Part shown: piece after piece, positions 34,290 through 47,452 of the stretch
Layout: every line of letters starts with the position of its first letter
How positions within the stretch are numbered: position 1 is the stretch's first letter
DNA from: the human T2T-CHM13v2.0 reference genome, Homo sapiens
Direction: 5' to 3'
Assembly (NCBI GenBank): GCA_009914755.4
Contig: CP086569.2
Coordinates: 6,528,001-6,592,000, forward strand
Length of the DNA stretch: 64,000 nt
Position numbers and translations under genes: made by a program
Notes under the pieces: generated by a model
Databases searched by the model: none
What the model was told of the DNA's origin: nothing
Seen by the model: only the letters and a program-made list of their open reading frames with translations

Positions 34290-36300
34290 TGTTTAACTGA
34301 ATTAAGGCCGCGCGCGAAGGGAGGAAGGAGCGCTGGGGACTTGAGTACACCAGGGCCCGTCCGTGTAAGCACTGGCAACGCAAAGCACCTTACAAACGCC
34401 CGAGGTCTGAAGCCTGGGAGTGGCGGTGGAGGTGAGTCTCCCAGCCTCCTCTTCAGTTCCTACACCCCAGCTCCTGGCTTTTACGCCAGTTTGTCCCTAA
34501 GAATTTCTGGCTCTTTTTCTGGGAGGTGTTTTGCAAAGGGGGGAGCCTCTGCCTGTCCCCTTTTTCGAGATGGGAAATGACAACTGGGGTGTCTTCTAAG
34601 ACGATTTTGACGGAGATACACCCTCGGACAGGTGACGGGAGTTCCGTGGGGGCAGAGGGCGGCTTCCTTTTTCGGTTGGGGGAAGGCAACAGTCTAGCAG
34701 TGGCCCAGGTTCCCCTCGCCCACCCTCGGCATAGGGGAGGGGCCGGTTCGCAGTTCCCCACCCTCCTTAGGGGAAGGGCTGGTTCCGGATCTAAACCACT
34801 GGGGCGCTGGAGCTGGGGCTGGTGGGAGGCGGGTTTCCCTCAGCTGGCTGTTGGGGAGGGGCGGGCCGCGGCGAGTGGGTGCCCTCTCGCTCTCAGTCCT
34901 CCCGGTCCGCGTTTGCATGCTAGCGGCCGCTCCCAGTGGTGGTCACCGCCAGTGCCAATCCCTTGCGCCGCCGTGCAGTCCCGCCCTCTGTCGCTGCAGC
35001 CGCCGCGCCCGCTCCAGTGCCCCCAATTCGCGCTCGGGAGTGAGGAGCCGCCAACACCCCAGCTCCGCTGCTGCCGCCACCGCAGTGCTCTCTAGTCGCC
35101 ATTGGTTACCTAAACTTTCCAGTACCCGCGACCTTTCCGGGACTCCGCGGCGGCGGGGCAGAGGCGGCCCAGGGGCGGCACGCGGCTGCTCCGGTGCGCC
35201 GGGCTCTTTTCGGCCGCCGCACGGCCGGGCCTCACAGGCTGCCCTCCTGAGAGAGGCTCAGAACACGGCCAGGTACGCGCCGCCGCCACAGTTGCGCTGC
35301 TAGCGACGAGGTGAGTGCTAGGTGTTTGGTGGGCCGGGCGCGGGGTCCGCAAACTTTTGCGTACGGCGCTGACTCCCTGCGGTCCTGCCGGCGGCTCCGG
35401 CCGTCCAGACGCTCCGCTCGCCACGAACTCCTGGAGACGCAGGGCCCCAGCTGTTACCGCAGCACTTGGACTAGGGTGCGGAGCGCTCCCTGGACTCAAC
35501 AATACCGGGAGGTTTCCGCTCCCCCAAAGTGCGTGCGCGCCGTGTGGGGAGTGTACGGAGGTTGGCGGGAGACGCTCCTTTGGGGAAGGGGGAGGCGGCT
35601 GCTAAGTTTAGGAAAGTACTCGGTTTCTTCCTGGTGCCCCTTTGTTTGCCGCTCTTGGGATCTGCTGGGCCCAGCGCCACTGCTGGTGGGCGGAAGGGGC
35701 AGGTGGCGGGATTTTTCACGCCCCGGTGGAGGGGAGTCCCTTTCATCCACGGGACTCGGGCCGGCCTGCCCCGACCTGGGTGGAAGCGCAGTCGCGCAGA
35801 GCGGGGCGACCGGCTGGCTAGGCGGCTCGGGCCCGCGGCGTCTGCTCAGTTTCTGAGTCGCAAAACCGTCAAGGAATTCGGAAGCTCCCCTCCCCCGCCC
35901 ATCTCTCTGGCCCCAGCGCGCAGTCAAGTCTGGGGGCAACCCCCCCCGCGCCCCCGGTCTGTTTGGGGTCTGCAGAGCGGCGCCAGGGTAAAGCGCAGAC
36001 CTGTTGATCCTAGGTTCTGGCGGGTCGGGGTCTGGCAGATCCTGGGTCCGGCCTTGCTTCCCAGTGGTACCTTCTCTCACGGAGGGGGCGGGGCCGTCCG
36101 CTTTCGGGAGTCAGTGATCGCCGGATATGTGACAACTGTGGGTCGTTGGAGTCCCGCCGGCGCTGGGCTAGGGCCTGGACTTCACGTACATCGACTGTGC
36201 GTGGTCATGCCGGAGGCAGGGGCTCACTCATTGCACCGACCTCATGTTGCTGTAGCAAGCTAAGTGCGTCGAAAATTCCACAAAGTTAGGGACCGATGTG
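34290..36300. promoter_or_regulatory. CpG island / putative RNA polymerase II promoter region (TATA-less) with CCAAT/Y-box; probable 5' end of a plus-strand gene
   Basis: Abrupt rise in GC and CpG density (gcgcgcgaagg..., cgccgccgtgcagtcccgccc..., ccgcggcggcgggg...) in a window that is otherwise CpG-depleted. Inverted CCAAT box gccattgg at 35099-35106. GT donors at 34431 (GTGAGT) and 35311 (GTGAGT). The long ORFs in the track (35529..36263 etc.) overlap on both strands and are GC-rich artefacts. Confidence 0.85.
35110..35310 (+). other. Putative non-coding first exon (5'UTR) ending at a consensus splice donor
   Basis: ...gccgccacagttgcgctgctagcgacgag|GTGAGTgctagg at 35310/35311, ~200 bp downstream of the CCAAT box, inside the CpG island. 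The 5' boundary (TSS) cannot be fixed from sequence. Confidence 0.4.
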
Positions 36301-36414
36301 ATTATTTTCGAATCGGTGGTGTTCTGGAGCAAAACCTAGTAAGAAACAAAATCCCACCCTCTGTTTTATTTGCAACTGTTTTGCATGGTCATGAGTGGCT
36401 TGACCTGCCTTCTA

Positions 36415-36500
36415 GGTGTTTTCCTCTGCTGGCACGCCAGAATCCCTGGTTCAGCCTGGAAGGCGAGGGGCAGGACTCCCCAGACAGTGGCCTCAGTGTG
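36415..36500 (+). other. Putative internal/second exon (86 nt) with acceptor and donor consensus
   Basis: Polypyrimidine tract + ccttctAG|gtgttttcctctgctggcacgccagaatccctggttcagcctggaaggcgaggggcaggactccccagacagtggcctcagtgtg|GTAAGTggc. No in-frame ATG, so likely 5'UTR or coding continuation. Protein identity not recognised. Confidence 0.45.
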
Positions 36501-36875
36501 GTAAGTGGCTCTTGACAATTTTATGAAAAATTTAGAAGTCCTTCCTAGAAAAGGTGCAATTAGGAAAAATAAAATACAGGAAAATGTTGAGTATGATGCA
36601 TTTATTTTAAAGAGTAATCATGTCTCACATATGCTACAGATTTTTGTGGAAAGCCGCCGAGCTGGGTAACTGACACAACAAAAGTTGTTCATCACTGGAT
36701 CCATTTATTAAAAGGGGACCTTAAGGCGATTGCAGGCCTAGTAGAACACACACCTGTAGGGCAAAAATGGAAATTTATGGTGTAGTTCTGCCACCCTGGC
36801 TCCCTCACTCCCAGGCATTTGGCCCCTTTACTGGGCTCCGAGGAGTCCTCTGCTAGCAGTTTTAAAGAGGAAACT

Positions 36876-37198
<323 letters not shown>

Positions 37199-38443
37199 TT
37201 ACTGTAGACACTCTTAGAAGTGAATGATTACAATTCTGGAGTACCATTGGTTCTGTACAACATAATCTTGGATTTTAGTTAGAAGATTTTTTTGCCTTTT
37301 AAGGTAACAGTTCATTAAAAAATACATTGATCTACTGCTAGGTGCCAGGTATTCTGCTGGGCCCAGGGCACACCACGAACAAAGCAAAGCCCTGTTTTGG
37401 GGACTTTAGATTGGGGGTAGGATAGAGGATGCCCTGGTCACCAACTGCAGCGTACTACTAGGATCCTGAGTGGGAAGAGTTTTTAGGTGTTCTTAGTCTT
37501 CTTTTACCCAAGGCTGATCAGTCCAGTAATTATGACTGTCTCCCTTTACATTTCACATGTTGATACACAAATCATCTAACTGCTCTGGAAAGTTTGGGCA
37601 TTTTAATGGACTGCATGGAGATATATTATGGTGTGGGGCTTTGGAGTCTAGTTGGTTTTGAGTCTGTTTTATCTAGTGGAGGCTCGGTTTTCTCATCTGT
37701 GAGATGGCACCAGGAGTCTCTCTCACAGAGCTTTCTAAGAGACTGTACTGCTTTTGGGAGCTGACAAAGTGGTGATTAGAGCCCCTGAGTTAATCTCCAC
37801 AATGACAGATTCCAATGACCTAGGTATGTTTGAGAGAAAACTACCTTTGTCCCCATTAGTCCTTAAGTTGTGAAGGGGCCCACCATGTTTACTTTGCCCT
37901 TGAGCAATTGTGTAACTTTGAACTCCTGCAGCCTTTTTAAGCATCATTTTTCATGTGTAAATTTAAAAAACAGAACTAGAATTCCCCAAAGTCCAGCTCT
38001 TAAGCTTGGTGTTACTTTGCTTTTCTATCTAGTGTGGATCTTCCCACTGGGAAACAAAAGATCTATAAATTGTACACACACAGGAGACTCTACATTGAAT
38101 ATGCTTATAGAAATACATGTATGTATGTTTGTGTGTGTATGTGTTTGTATATGTAGATGTATCAACAGAGTCACAGAAAGTCTACCACAGGGGATCAGAT
38201 GGTTTCTTCCATAGCTTTATCATTGCATTTAGTAGCCAGTTGCCACATATGGCTATTTAGACTTAATTGAAAGTAACAGTTCTGTTTTATCAGTTGTACT
38301 AGCCCTATTTCATGTACTGTGGGGCTGCATGAGGTTAGGTGGTCATGCGCGGTCATATTGGATAGCAGGAAACTTGCAGAAAGTTCTATTGGAGTATGTT
38401 ACTTTGTAGTTATTGCAGTGAAACCTTAATAAAGAAAACTGTT

Positions 38444-38720
38444 GGCCAGGTATGGTGGTTCATGCCTGTAATGTTAGCACTTTGGGACGCCAAGCGGGGA
38501 AGAAGGCTTGAGGCCAGGAGTTTGAGACCTCATCTCTACTAAAAACATTTAAAAAATTAACTGGGCATCGTAGTGCGAGTCTATAATTCCAGTTGCTCGG
38601 GAGGCTGAGGTTGGAGGATTTCTTGAGCTGAGGAGTTCTGGGCTGTGGTGAGCACACATCTGCGCTCCATCCTGAGTAACAGAGGAATAATCTATCTTAA
38701 AAACAAAATAAAACAAAACC
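38444..38720 (+). mobile_element. Old diverged Alu (AluJ-like)
   Basis: Reads ggccaggtatggtggttcatgcctgtaatgttagcactttgggacgccaagcgggg...ccagttgctcgggaggctgaggttggaggatttcttgagc. Confidence 0.75.
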
Positions 38721-38734
38721 AAATGCAGCAGTCA

Positions 38735-39045
<311 letters not shown>

Positions 39046-40689
39046 CAAACAACTACAACCAAAAAACAGCAGTCAAGAGAGTTGTGCTTTTTGTGGAGGA
39101 AGGTGCGAAGCCAGTGAAATTGAAAATAACTCACAGGTGGGCTCATTTTTCTAAAAAAATGACTCATTTCAGCCAGTGATTTGGCCAGGAAAATGATTTC
39201 AGCAAATGGGTTATTAACCTGAAGTTGACAACCTCTAGTTTTAGATTGAGGTGGTTTGGTCCAATTTTGATTTAAACAACAGAACTCCAAGCTTGAGTCC
39301 CTCACTGAGTGTTGAATTTTGGGCAACACATTTAGCTGCTGTGTGTCCCAGTTTCCCCATCTTAAAAAATGACACTGCCAGTCCCCATGTTGCCAACCTA
39401 AGCAGATTGTGGTAAATATCCCTCAGGATGGTGTAGGTGGAAGGCTTAAGTAAAATAAAAGGTGCTTCTGTCAGTAACAGTCCTGTGCCCAGGTACTGTA
39501 GTGCCATATCTGTTATTTTCAGACCCTCACATACTCTGGATACCTTGGGCTTTCCCTTCCCGTTCTTTAAGTTTAAGGCCTAAGTATCGAGGTTAAGTCT
39601 CTTGAGATCAAAGTCTTCTGTATTAAAAGACTAATAAAGAATCCTTCCAACAAGGTGAGACTTCCCAGTAGTCCAAGTGTTTTAAAAACCTTAAATCACG
39701 ACTGTTAGCTGTTTTCTGCACAGCAGTCTTGAGTCAGTATGTTATTTTTCTTACTTGGTAGATATGTCATTTGTATGGGTCTTTGTATTTTTTATGGCAA
39801 TGAATGAGAAATTTTATTTGTCAGTGAGGATAGGGGAAAAACCGAACTGTGTGTCTTTAGAGAGGTGAATTCCCAGATTAACTCCCCTGCCATTTGTTCT
39901 TTCTTTGGTGTCTTGTCAGGACTCTGGTGTCATCTCCTGTCAGCCTTTGGTTGAAAGCACTTGGAAACTTGGGTGGCTGATATTCTCCAGAGGCAGAAAA
40001 ATGTTCCCAGCCGAGAGAGGCCATCTCCAGCAGGTCCTGAGTGTCAGGAATTCAGATTCTCTGCCCCACTCCTGCTGGATAGGAGGACACTTCCACTAGA
40101 ACCTGGGCCTGGCCCCTTTCCAGTTTTCTGCTGGGAGTCCGGATTCTGGTGCTTTGCTCCGAAGCAGTGCCCGTGGGCCTCCGGGCCTGGCTCATCATCA
40201 CAGCTTCTCTGCTCAGTGAGGAGACCATCATTGTGCTGCTTTTCTGATGCCTTCCATTTGCCTTTTTCTCCACTTGGGAAAAACAAAAAAAGCTAGTATG
40301 CTACATCCTGAAAAGTTGTTAATCCTTCACCACCACATACATTGAAAAATCAGTTCCTGCCGGGAAGTACCACTAAAGGCATATTGTAAACTTTTTTTCT
40401 AATTGGAAAGGTAAACTTTTTTCCCCCATAACTATTTTTCGTGTGAAGGAAGTAACTGACCTCTTGAGTCAGAGATGGCACTCGAGTTTTTCCCCATGGG
40501 TCTTGCCTGCTACACTCCTGGCCACCCTTTCTGTGGGGCTTGACCAAATGGACCACACTGGCCAGCCTGACAAACCCACCAGAACCAAAAGAAAAGCTGG
40601 ATGTGGGAAAGGGCTGAAGAACTCCACGTGTCTAAAGGGCAAAGAGATCCTGGGTTGAGAAGAGGAGTTTCAGATTTCCAATGGAGAAA

Positions 40690-40785
40690 GAGAGGCGGAG
40701 GTTGCAGTGAGCCGAGATCGTAACACTGCACTCGAGCCTGATGACAGTGAGACCCTGTCTCCGAAAAAAAAAAAAAAAAAAAAAA
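40690..40785 (+). mobile_element. Alu 3'-end fragment with A-tail
   Basis: Reads gaggcggaggttgcagtgagccgagatcgtaacactgcactcgagcctgatgacagtgagaccctgtctccg + ~25 A. Confidence 0.8.
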
Positions 40786-40786
40786 A

Positions 40787-41060
40787 GCCTCTAATCCCAG
40801 CAATGTGGGAGGCTGAGTCGGGTAGATCACCTGAAGTCAGGAGTTTGAGACCAGCCTGGCCAACATGGTGAAAAATCCCACCTCTACTAAAAATATGAAC
40901 ATTAGCTGGGCTTGGTGACACATGCCCATAATCCCAGCTACTTAGCTTGAGGTAGAATCAGTCACTTGAACTGCGGAGGTGGAGGTTGCAGTGACCTGAG
41001 ATTATGCCATTGCACTCTAGCCTGGGCAACGAGAGCGAAATGCTGTCTCAAAAATATATA
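40787..41060 (+). mobile_element. Alu SINE (5' end slightly truncated)
   Basis: Reads cctctaatcccagcaatgtgggaggctgagtcgggtagatcacctgaagtcaggagtttgagaccagcctggccaacatggtgaaaaatcccacctctactaaaaatatgaac...ctgggcaacgagagcgaaatgctgtctcaaaaatatataaac. Confidence 0.9.
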
Positions 41061-42730
41061 AACAAATGAATAAGTAAATAAATGAAGAAGAAGAAAGGAA
41101 TGAAGGTAGACAATATGCTTGCTTATTGGAACGATGTTTTCAACACTGAGTTCTGGAATGTTGCAGCCAACCAGTGGCTCTTATTTGGGACACTTTTTTC
41201 CGTCACTTTTGAAGGGGGCATTTGCTAATGTCTAGAGACATTTTTGGGCTCCCACAGCTGGAAAAGGTAGAGGGAGCTCCTGGCATCTGGTGGGTGGAGC
41301 CCTGGGATGCTGCCCAGTGCCCTGTGTGCACAGGATGGCTCCACCACAGAGAATGGTTTGGCCTCAAGTGCCACCAGTGCCAAGGAGAACCTCAATTGTA
41401 TAGTCAGCTATACCAAGAGTCCCCAGCCTTGGGCCTCAGGCCGGAACAGGTCTGTTGTCCTGTTAGGAACCTCCAGGAGGTGAACAGCAGGCTAGTGAGC
41501 ATTGCCATTTGAGTTCTACCTCCTGTCAGATCAACAGTGGCATTACATTCTGATAGGAGTGAGAACCATGTTGTGAACTGCACATGCAAGGGATTTAGGT
41601 TTTGTGCTTCTTATGAGAGCCTAACTAATTCCTGATGATCTGAGGTGGAACAGTTTCATCCTGAAACCATTCTCCACCCCACCCCATGGAAAAGTGTATT
41701 CCATGAAAGTGTTCCTTCATGCTAAAAAGATTGGGGACCACTGAACTGTTCAGTCCCGTTTTGGTCAAGGCCTGTGGGGGAGATGGGGAGGTGGATGCCA
41801 AGGAAAAATAAACATCAATTTCTGTAGTTGTCAAGACACACAAGTTTTAGGGTGACGTATTAGTAAATAAATCACCACAGCTGCTGATCAATACAGTAAG
41901 AGTTTCAGATGCTCACAGGAGAAAGCGAAGGAGGAGGTAGGAAGTGGATTTTGCAGAATGATCACAAATGAGGTCAGCGGGTGTCACAGTGGACAATGGG
42001 GAGGCAGTGGAGCGGGGGCATTGCTAGCTGTCCGAGCTCTGCTTCAGCACAGGTCTCCTAGAGCCCTACATGTAAGTACCCCCTTAGTGCATGTTTCTCA
42101 GCCCCTTCCTTTTGGCTTTATTAATATCATCACAGAGGTACTAGGTCTTACTTACAAGGAGGGTCAGCTCCTTGATACTTTGGAGTTGCTTATGAACAAG
42201 TTGCACAAGGTTTCTCTCTGTGCTCAGTGAATTGTGAGTGGTGTAGGGTCACTAAGAAATCTCAGAAGGGAGTTAGTGTGCCACCTTCATCTCATTCTCT
42301 TCTTACAGCTATTGAAATGAGACAGGGTGGGGCAGCTGGATACGGACCTGTATTATACTTAGTGGAGGCCCTCTTTGAAGTGTCTTTAGGAAAAAGGCTT
42401 CTAAAGTGAGGTCCTGCTGTGTGGCATGTTTCATCCTGAGCCAGCCTCTGGTCCCCATGTCCAAGTGAGCCCCAGAGCTGCCCCGAGTCATGCCTGTTTT
42501 CAGGGACTCTGTGTTTCGGCTGGACATGGGGGCCGGGTACAGCTATGAGGGAAACCTCATTTGTAGCCACTGTGCCATGCACTGTGTGCATCTTTGAGCA
42601 CATCGGAGAGTTTCTGTAGCATTAGTATTCTCATTGAGACAGAAGGTGGGTGGGGTGGGGGGTGTGGGGAGAAAGATTTCCCAGGCTTGTTATATTAAAT
42701 GAGCTAGAATTATATTTTCATGTATTTTGA

Positions 42731-43035
<305 letters not shown>

Positions 43036-43198
43036 TATACTCCACTAAAGCAGATAGAATTATAATGCTTGGAGCCCAATATGCTTATATTTTCCTATTT
43101 TCTGAGTTTGGATTTGGGTCTGGAAAGGTATCTTTATCAGTTAGGATGTCTAGTAACTTGCTTGCTTTTTTTTCCTGTTACCTTTTCTCCCTTAAATA

Positions 43199-43510
43199 TT
43201 TTTTTTTTTTTTTTTGAGACAGAGTCTCGCTCTGTCTCTTGTGGGTCTCAGGCTGGATTGCAGTTGCGCAATCATGATCTCGGCTGACTGCAACCTTTAC
43301 CTTCTGGATTCAATCAATTCTCCTGCCTCAGCTTCCTGAGTAGATGGGACTACAGGCGGGCACCACCATGCCCGGCTAATTTTTGTATTTTTAGAAGAGA
43401 CGGGGTTTCACCGTGTTGGTCAGGCTGGTCTCAAACTGCTGATCTCATGATCCACTTGCCTCGGCTTCCCAAAGTGCTGGGATCACAGGCATGAGCCACC
43501 ACGCCCGGCT
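43199..43510 (-). mobile_element. Alu SINE (antisense)
   Basis: PolyT + gagacagagtctcgctctgtctcttgtgggtctcaggctggattgcagttgcgcaatcatgatctcggctgactgcaacc...ggcttcccaaagtgctgggatcacaggcatgagccaccacgcccggct. Confidence 0.92.
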
Positions 43511-44147
43511 TTCCCTCTTAAATTTTAGGACTATAACTGTATACTTTTATTTTTTAAATTACCATATAGTAAAATTGGCTCTTTGGTTGTGTAGCTTTAT
43601 GTGTTTTGATGTGTGTATAGATGGATGTCATAATCAGGAGAGAGAACATTCCCCTAAGCCCAGAGATGTCCATGGTGCTATCCTCCACAGCATGTTTCTC
43701 GGCAGTCACTCTGCCCCCAGCCCCAAACATGGGGCACCTGCCTGTAGGTGCCACAGAAGGCAACATCATGGCCTGTTAAATACAGTAAGACATTCTTCTT
43801 CAAAGGGTTAACTTGTTGAACTTTCCTTGTCCTTTGTTCCCTGCTTTCAAGGCCAGACTCCCTTACTCTCTGTGTTCCTTTGCCCTGGGAAACAACCTTC
43901 CTCTTGGTCTTTATCTATAGAGTCCACATTCCACATCTGCTCCTCACTCTGTAAATCATCCCTCCGGTCGAAACACTCTCTGTCTCCACTAAAACTGTTT
44001 TCTCACTATTGTAACCACATCCCTGCACTTCTCAAATTAGCCAATTGGGTTCAGCTTAGATTGTGCAGTCCAACTCTAGCCAACAGATACTGGACATGGC
44101 AGTAGGAGCCCAATGAATTAAAGATAAAGTGACTGCTTTCCTTTGTT

Positions 44148-44198
44148 CAGAGTGCTTTCATGGTGACCAAACTAATGAGCAGCACCCTTCTGCAGAGG
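44148..44198 (+). other. Candidate short exon (51 nt) flanked by AG acceptor and GTAAAC donor; very tentative
   Basis: cctttgttcAG|agtgctttcatggtgaccaaactaatgagcagcacccttctgcagag|GTAAACtttgcc. No other support. Confidence 0.15.
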
Positions 44199-46177
44199 TA
44201 AACTTTGCCTTGCTGAGAAACCAATTGTTGGCGTGTTTATTTCATTTATGACTTTGAGCTTTATTTCTAACATGGCCCAAAGTAATCCTCTTTTCTTGAA
44301 CACATGGTAGAATGCCCTAGGTGAATCCCTCCAGTCTTCCAGTACCATCCTTGACTCCTCTCTCTGATGACACATGAACTTTATGCTTTTGCACACTTCA
44401 GGCAACACCAAAAGAAAGGAAAAGAACAGCTTAGCTTCTTAATGTGTGTAAGAAACCACAGTGAAAAAAAATCAGGTGTGTTGTTGAGGCTGCTAAAAGC
44501 TTTCCTTTTTTTTCTGTGCCAGTTCTCGCTGCCTCATTGGTTGAGATGGGATGTCTTTTTTGATGTCCTCTTTAGAGAGTGTTATCCTCACCTTTTTGCA
44601 TAGTCCTACCAAAAGACACCTCACATGCAAAGTGTAACAGAAAATTACAGTCATGACTTTAGTTTTAAAAACAGGACGTATATTCATGAAGAATGTTTGC
44701 TGTTTTCCCAGTGGGTTAATCATATGAATATAAAACAGACTAAAAATATCAAGTTGTTTTTGCATTTATTTATTGTAGAAATAAAATGGATTGCTACCTC
44801 TGAGCTTCTGAGAAGCTGTTAACCTGTGTTTTACTTTGGGTCATAATGTCGCTTTCTGTGATCTCATATGAAGTGACGTTTTCTAGAATAATCCTTATTC
44901 TGGTATTTCGGGGTCTTTTATTCTGCCTGAAGTGGTTGTGTGAAGTCACAGAATATGTGCATGTCCTCCTATGTAGAGTTAAAGGGCTGAAAGAGTGGCC
45001 TCAAGCCTTCCCCTCCCTCCCAGGTGTGAAAATTTGGATTTCAAGGTCTGGGAGGCCATGTTTTTTTCAGACCGGTTAAGGATGATCATTTTATGTTAAA
45101 TAAACATTGGGATAAACTTACAGTTGTTTATGTCCTGTGCCTAGATGAGCAGTTTTCCCATGATTAAAATAAGCAGTATTTTGGTAAACATTGGTAAGTT
45201 ACACATTTTAGTTTAGGAAGCCACAGCAAGTCAGAAGGCTCTTTGTGCCGCTGGGTGCCACTGAGTGATTCCTGGCAGTGCGGCAGTTCTCCAGCCCCAG
45301 GAGACCCTGTGAAAGCAGCACAAACAATGCTTATGGCAAAACTCACAGTGCTGTGCTGTGGACCTTGCTGGACCATAACAAAGGGGGACGTGGGAATAAA
45401 GACAAAAAAGAGTATATTTGGAAGAAGGGGTCAGGGGCTCCTTGCTTCTACTGAACTTCCTAGAGCCCTTCATATTTATTGAGTAAAGGAGATAGGGAGA
45501 AGGGGGTGGTTGTGGTCAGCTGCTTGACTGTGGTCATGCAGGTGTGCATGACTGCATTCTCTGAACAGTAGTCTCCAGATGTTCAAGTAGATAACTTCAA
45601 TGAGCCTGCTACCAGGGAGTGACTGCCCTCAGCAAACCTTCTGGCAGCAGGTGCAGATGTGAGTTTGCACACATCCTGCATTCATGATAAACAGTTTGCT
45701 GTTTGATCATATAGCCTCCACTGGAATGCTGAGTTCGTCACAATCCTCAGGCTTTTAGCTCCCAACAGTGTTTATTCTTGACCTGGGTGTCTACCCTAAA
45801 TTCATGTCATTTTTCCTATCTTGGTGGATGTAACTGGAATGCTTTAAAGAAAATATGAGAGTTTTGTCTGCATGTTTCCCTTGAGCCTGGAACTGAGATT
45901 ATGACCCCAGACAGCCTGCACAGGGCTCTTTCCTTTCAGGAACACCTGCTTAGGCTAGAATACCAGAGGAGGGAGAAGGTTAGGCTCTCCCTGTCTTGGT
46001 AACTTTCCTAGTCAGCTCTCCAAGATGCCAAAACCTTCCTTCATGTTTGTTGGGAACTGTATCCCTAGCACCATGATGTTGGAGCAAGAAGAAGGATACA
46101 TGTCCCTTTTGGGTAGCTTGACTCATTCCAATTATGGACCTGCTTGTTGTTAGGGTCTGTGTGAATGTGCAGTATTC

Positions 46178-46225
46178 TTTTTTTGAGATGGAGTCTCACT
46201 CTGTCACCTGGAGGGCAATGGTGCT
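46178..46225 (-). mobile_element. Alu fragment (3' end of an antisense Alu) truncated by the LTR12 insertion
   Basis: Reads tttttttgagatggagtctcactctgtcacctggagggcaatggtgctg. Continues as Alu antisense at 47453 (gtgcgatctcagctcactgcagcctcc...). Confidence 0.7.
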
Positions 46226-47452
46226 GTGTCCGGAATTGGTGGCTTCTTGGTTTCATTGACATCAAGGATGAAGCCGTGCACCCTCACGGTGACTGTTACA
46301 GTTCTTAACGATGGTGTGTCCGGAGTTTGTTTCTTCAGATGTTCAGATGTGTCCGGAGTTTCTCCCTTCTGGTGGGTTTGTGGTCTCGCTGACTTCAGGA
46401 GTGAAACTGCAGACCTTCATGGTGTTAAACAGCTCTTAAAGGCAGCACGTGTGGAGTTGTTCCTTCTGGTGGGTTCTTGGTCTTGCTGGCCTCAGGAGTG
46501 AAGCTGCAGACCTTCATGGTGAGTGTTACAGCTCATAAGGGCGGTGTGGACCCAAAGAGTGAGTAGCAGCAAGATCTACTGCAAAGAGCAAAAGAACAAA
46601 GGTTCCATAGCACCGAAGGGGACCTGAGCAGGTTGCTGCTGCTGGCTATCTGGCCCCACCCACATCCTACTGATTGGTCCGTTTTGCAGAAAGCCAATTG
46701 GTCTGTTTTGACAAGGTGCTGATTGGTGGGTTTACAATCCTTTAGCTAGACACAAAAGTTCTCCAAGTCCCCACTAGATTAGTCAGACCCAGAGTGCTGA
46801 TTGATGCATTTATTTACAAACCTTTAGGTAGACAGAGTGCTGTTTGGTGCGTTTACAGTCCTTTAGCTAGACACAAAAATTCTCCAAGTCCCCACTAGAT
46901 TAGCTAGACACAGAGCGCTGATTGGTGCGTTTACAAACCTTCAGGTAGACACAGAGTGCTTGGTGCGTTTACAAACCTCTAGTTAGACACAGAGTGCTGA
47001 TTGGTGTGTTTACACAATCCTTTAGCTAGAAAGAAAAGTTCTCCAAGTCCCCACCCATCCCAGAAGCCCAGTCAGGTTCACCTCTCACTGGCACGTGCTG
47101 CAGGACTCTGTGGCACCCAGCCCGGGCACTCCGGCAGCCCAGAGGGAGCCTACTCCCCCGACGAAGCCCGGCAGGTGCCGGCCAGCTGCGCCAAGTGCGG
47201 GGCCGCGGAGGCCACAGCCCACCCAGAACGCGCGCAGGCCGAGACCGCGCGCAGCCCCGGCTCCCGCCCACGCTTTTACCTCCACATCTCCCCAGGAGCA
47301 GAGGTAGCCGGCTCCGGCCTCCGCTAGTTCCAGAGAGGGGCCCCCACAGTGCAGCAGGGGGCTGAAGGGCTCCTTGAGCGTGGCCAGAGTGGACGCCTAG
47401 GCAGAGGAGGCACCGAGAGCAAGCGAGGGCTGCTAGCATGTAGCCACCCCTC
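46226..47452 (+). mobile_element. LTR12-family (ERV9 LTR) solo LTR, ~1.2 kb, inserted into a pre-existing Alu
   Basis: 5' part: gtgggttcttggtct(c/t)gctg(a/g)cctcaggagtgaagctgcagaccttcatggtgagtgttacagctcataagggcggtg. Central tandem units carrying CCAAT-type motifs (gtgctgattggtgggtttacaatcctttagctagacacaaaagttctccaagtccccac repeated ~5 times, 46690-47040). GC-rich 3' part 47050-47450, which yields overlapping ORFs 47001..47439 on both strands. Alu sequence is contiguous across the insertion. Confidence 0.85.

Noticed and set aside
33400-34300. Searched for a TATA box or tRNA/snRNA-like structured gene upstream of the CpG island
   Set aside because: No convincing TATA at a suitable distance and no A/B box pair or conserved snRNA motifs. 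The promoter appears to be a TATA-less CpG-island type.
35110-36263. Very long ORFs in the ORF track inside the CpG island (e.g. 35529..36263 + 244 aa; 35496..36080 - 194 aa; 35311..35856 + 181 aa; 34526..35095 + 189 aa)
   Set aside because: They overlap one another in several frames and on both strands. They are extremely Pro/Arg/Gly/Ala-rich, as expected from stop-codon-poor GC-rich DNA. They show no recognisable domain. They are CpG-island artefacts, not genes.
46690-47040. Regularly spaced near-identical ~40-70-bp direct repeats that superficially resemble a CRISPR array (also at 54900-55080 and 63430-63720)
   Set aside because: The units are the characteristic U3 tandem repeats of LTR12/ERV9 LTRs (ctgattggtg... 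CCAAT motifs). The spacers are not unique, and the context is eukaryotic retroelement. No cas genes; this is not a prokaryotic genome.
47001-47439. ORFs 47001..47327 (+), 47026..47439 (-), 47095..47307 (+) with Pro/Ala/Arg-rich products
   Set aside because: They lie in the GC-rich 3' portion of the LTR12 solo LTR. Overlap on both strands and low complexity mean repeat-derived, not coding.
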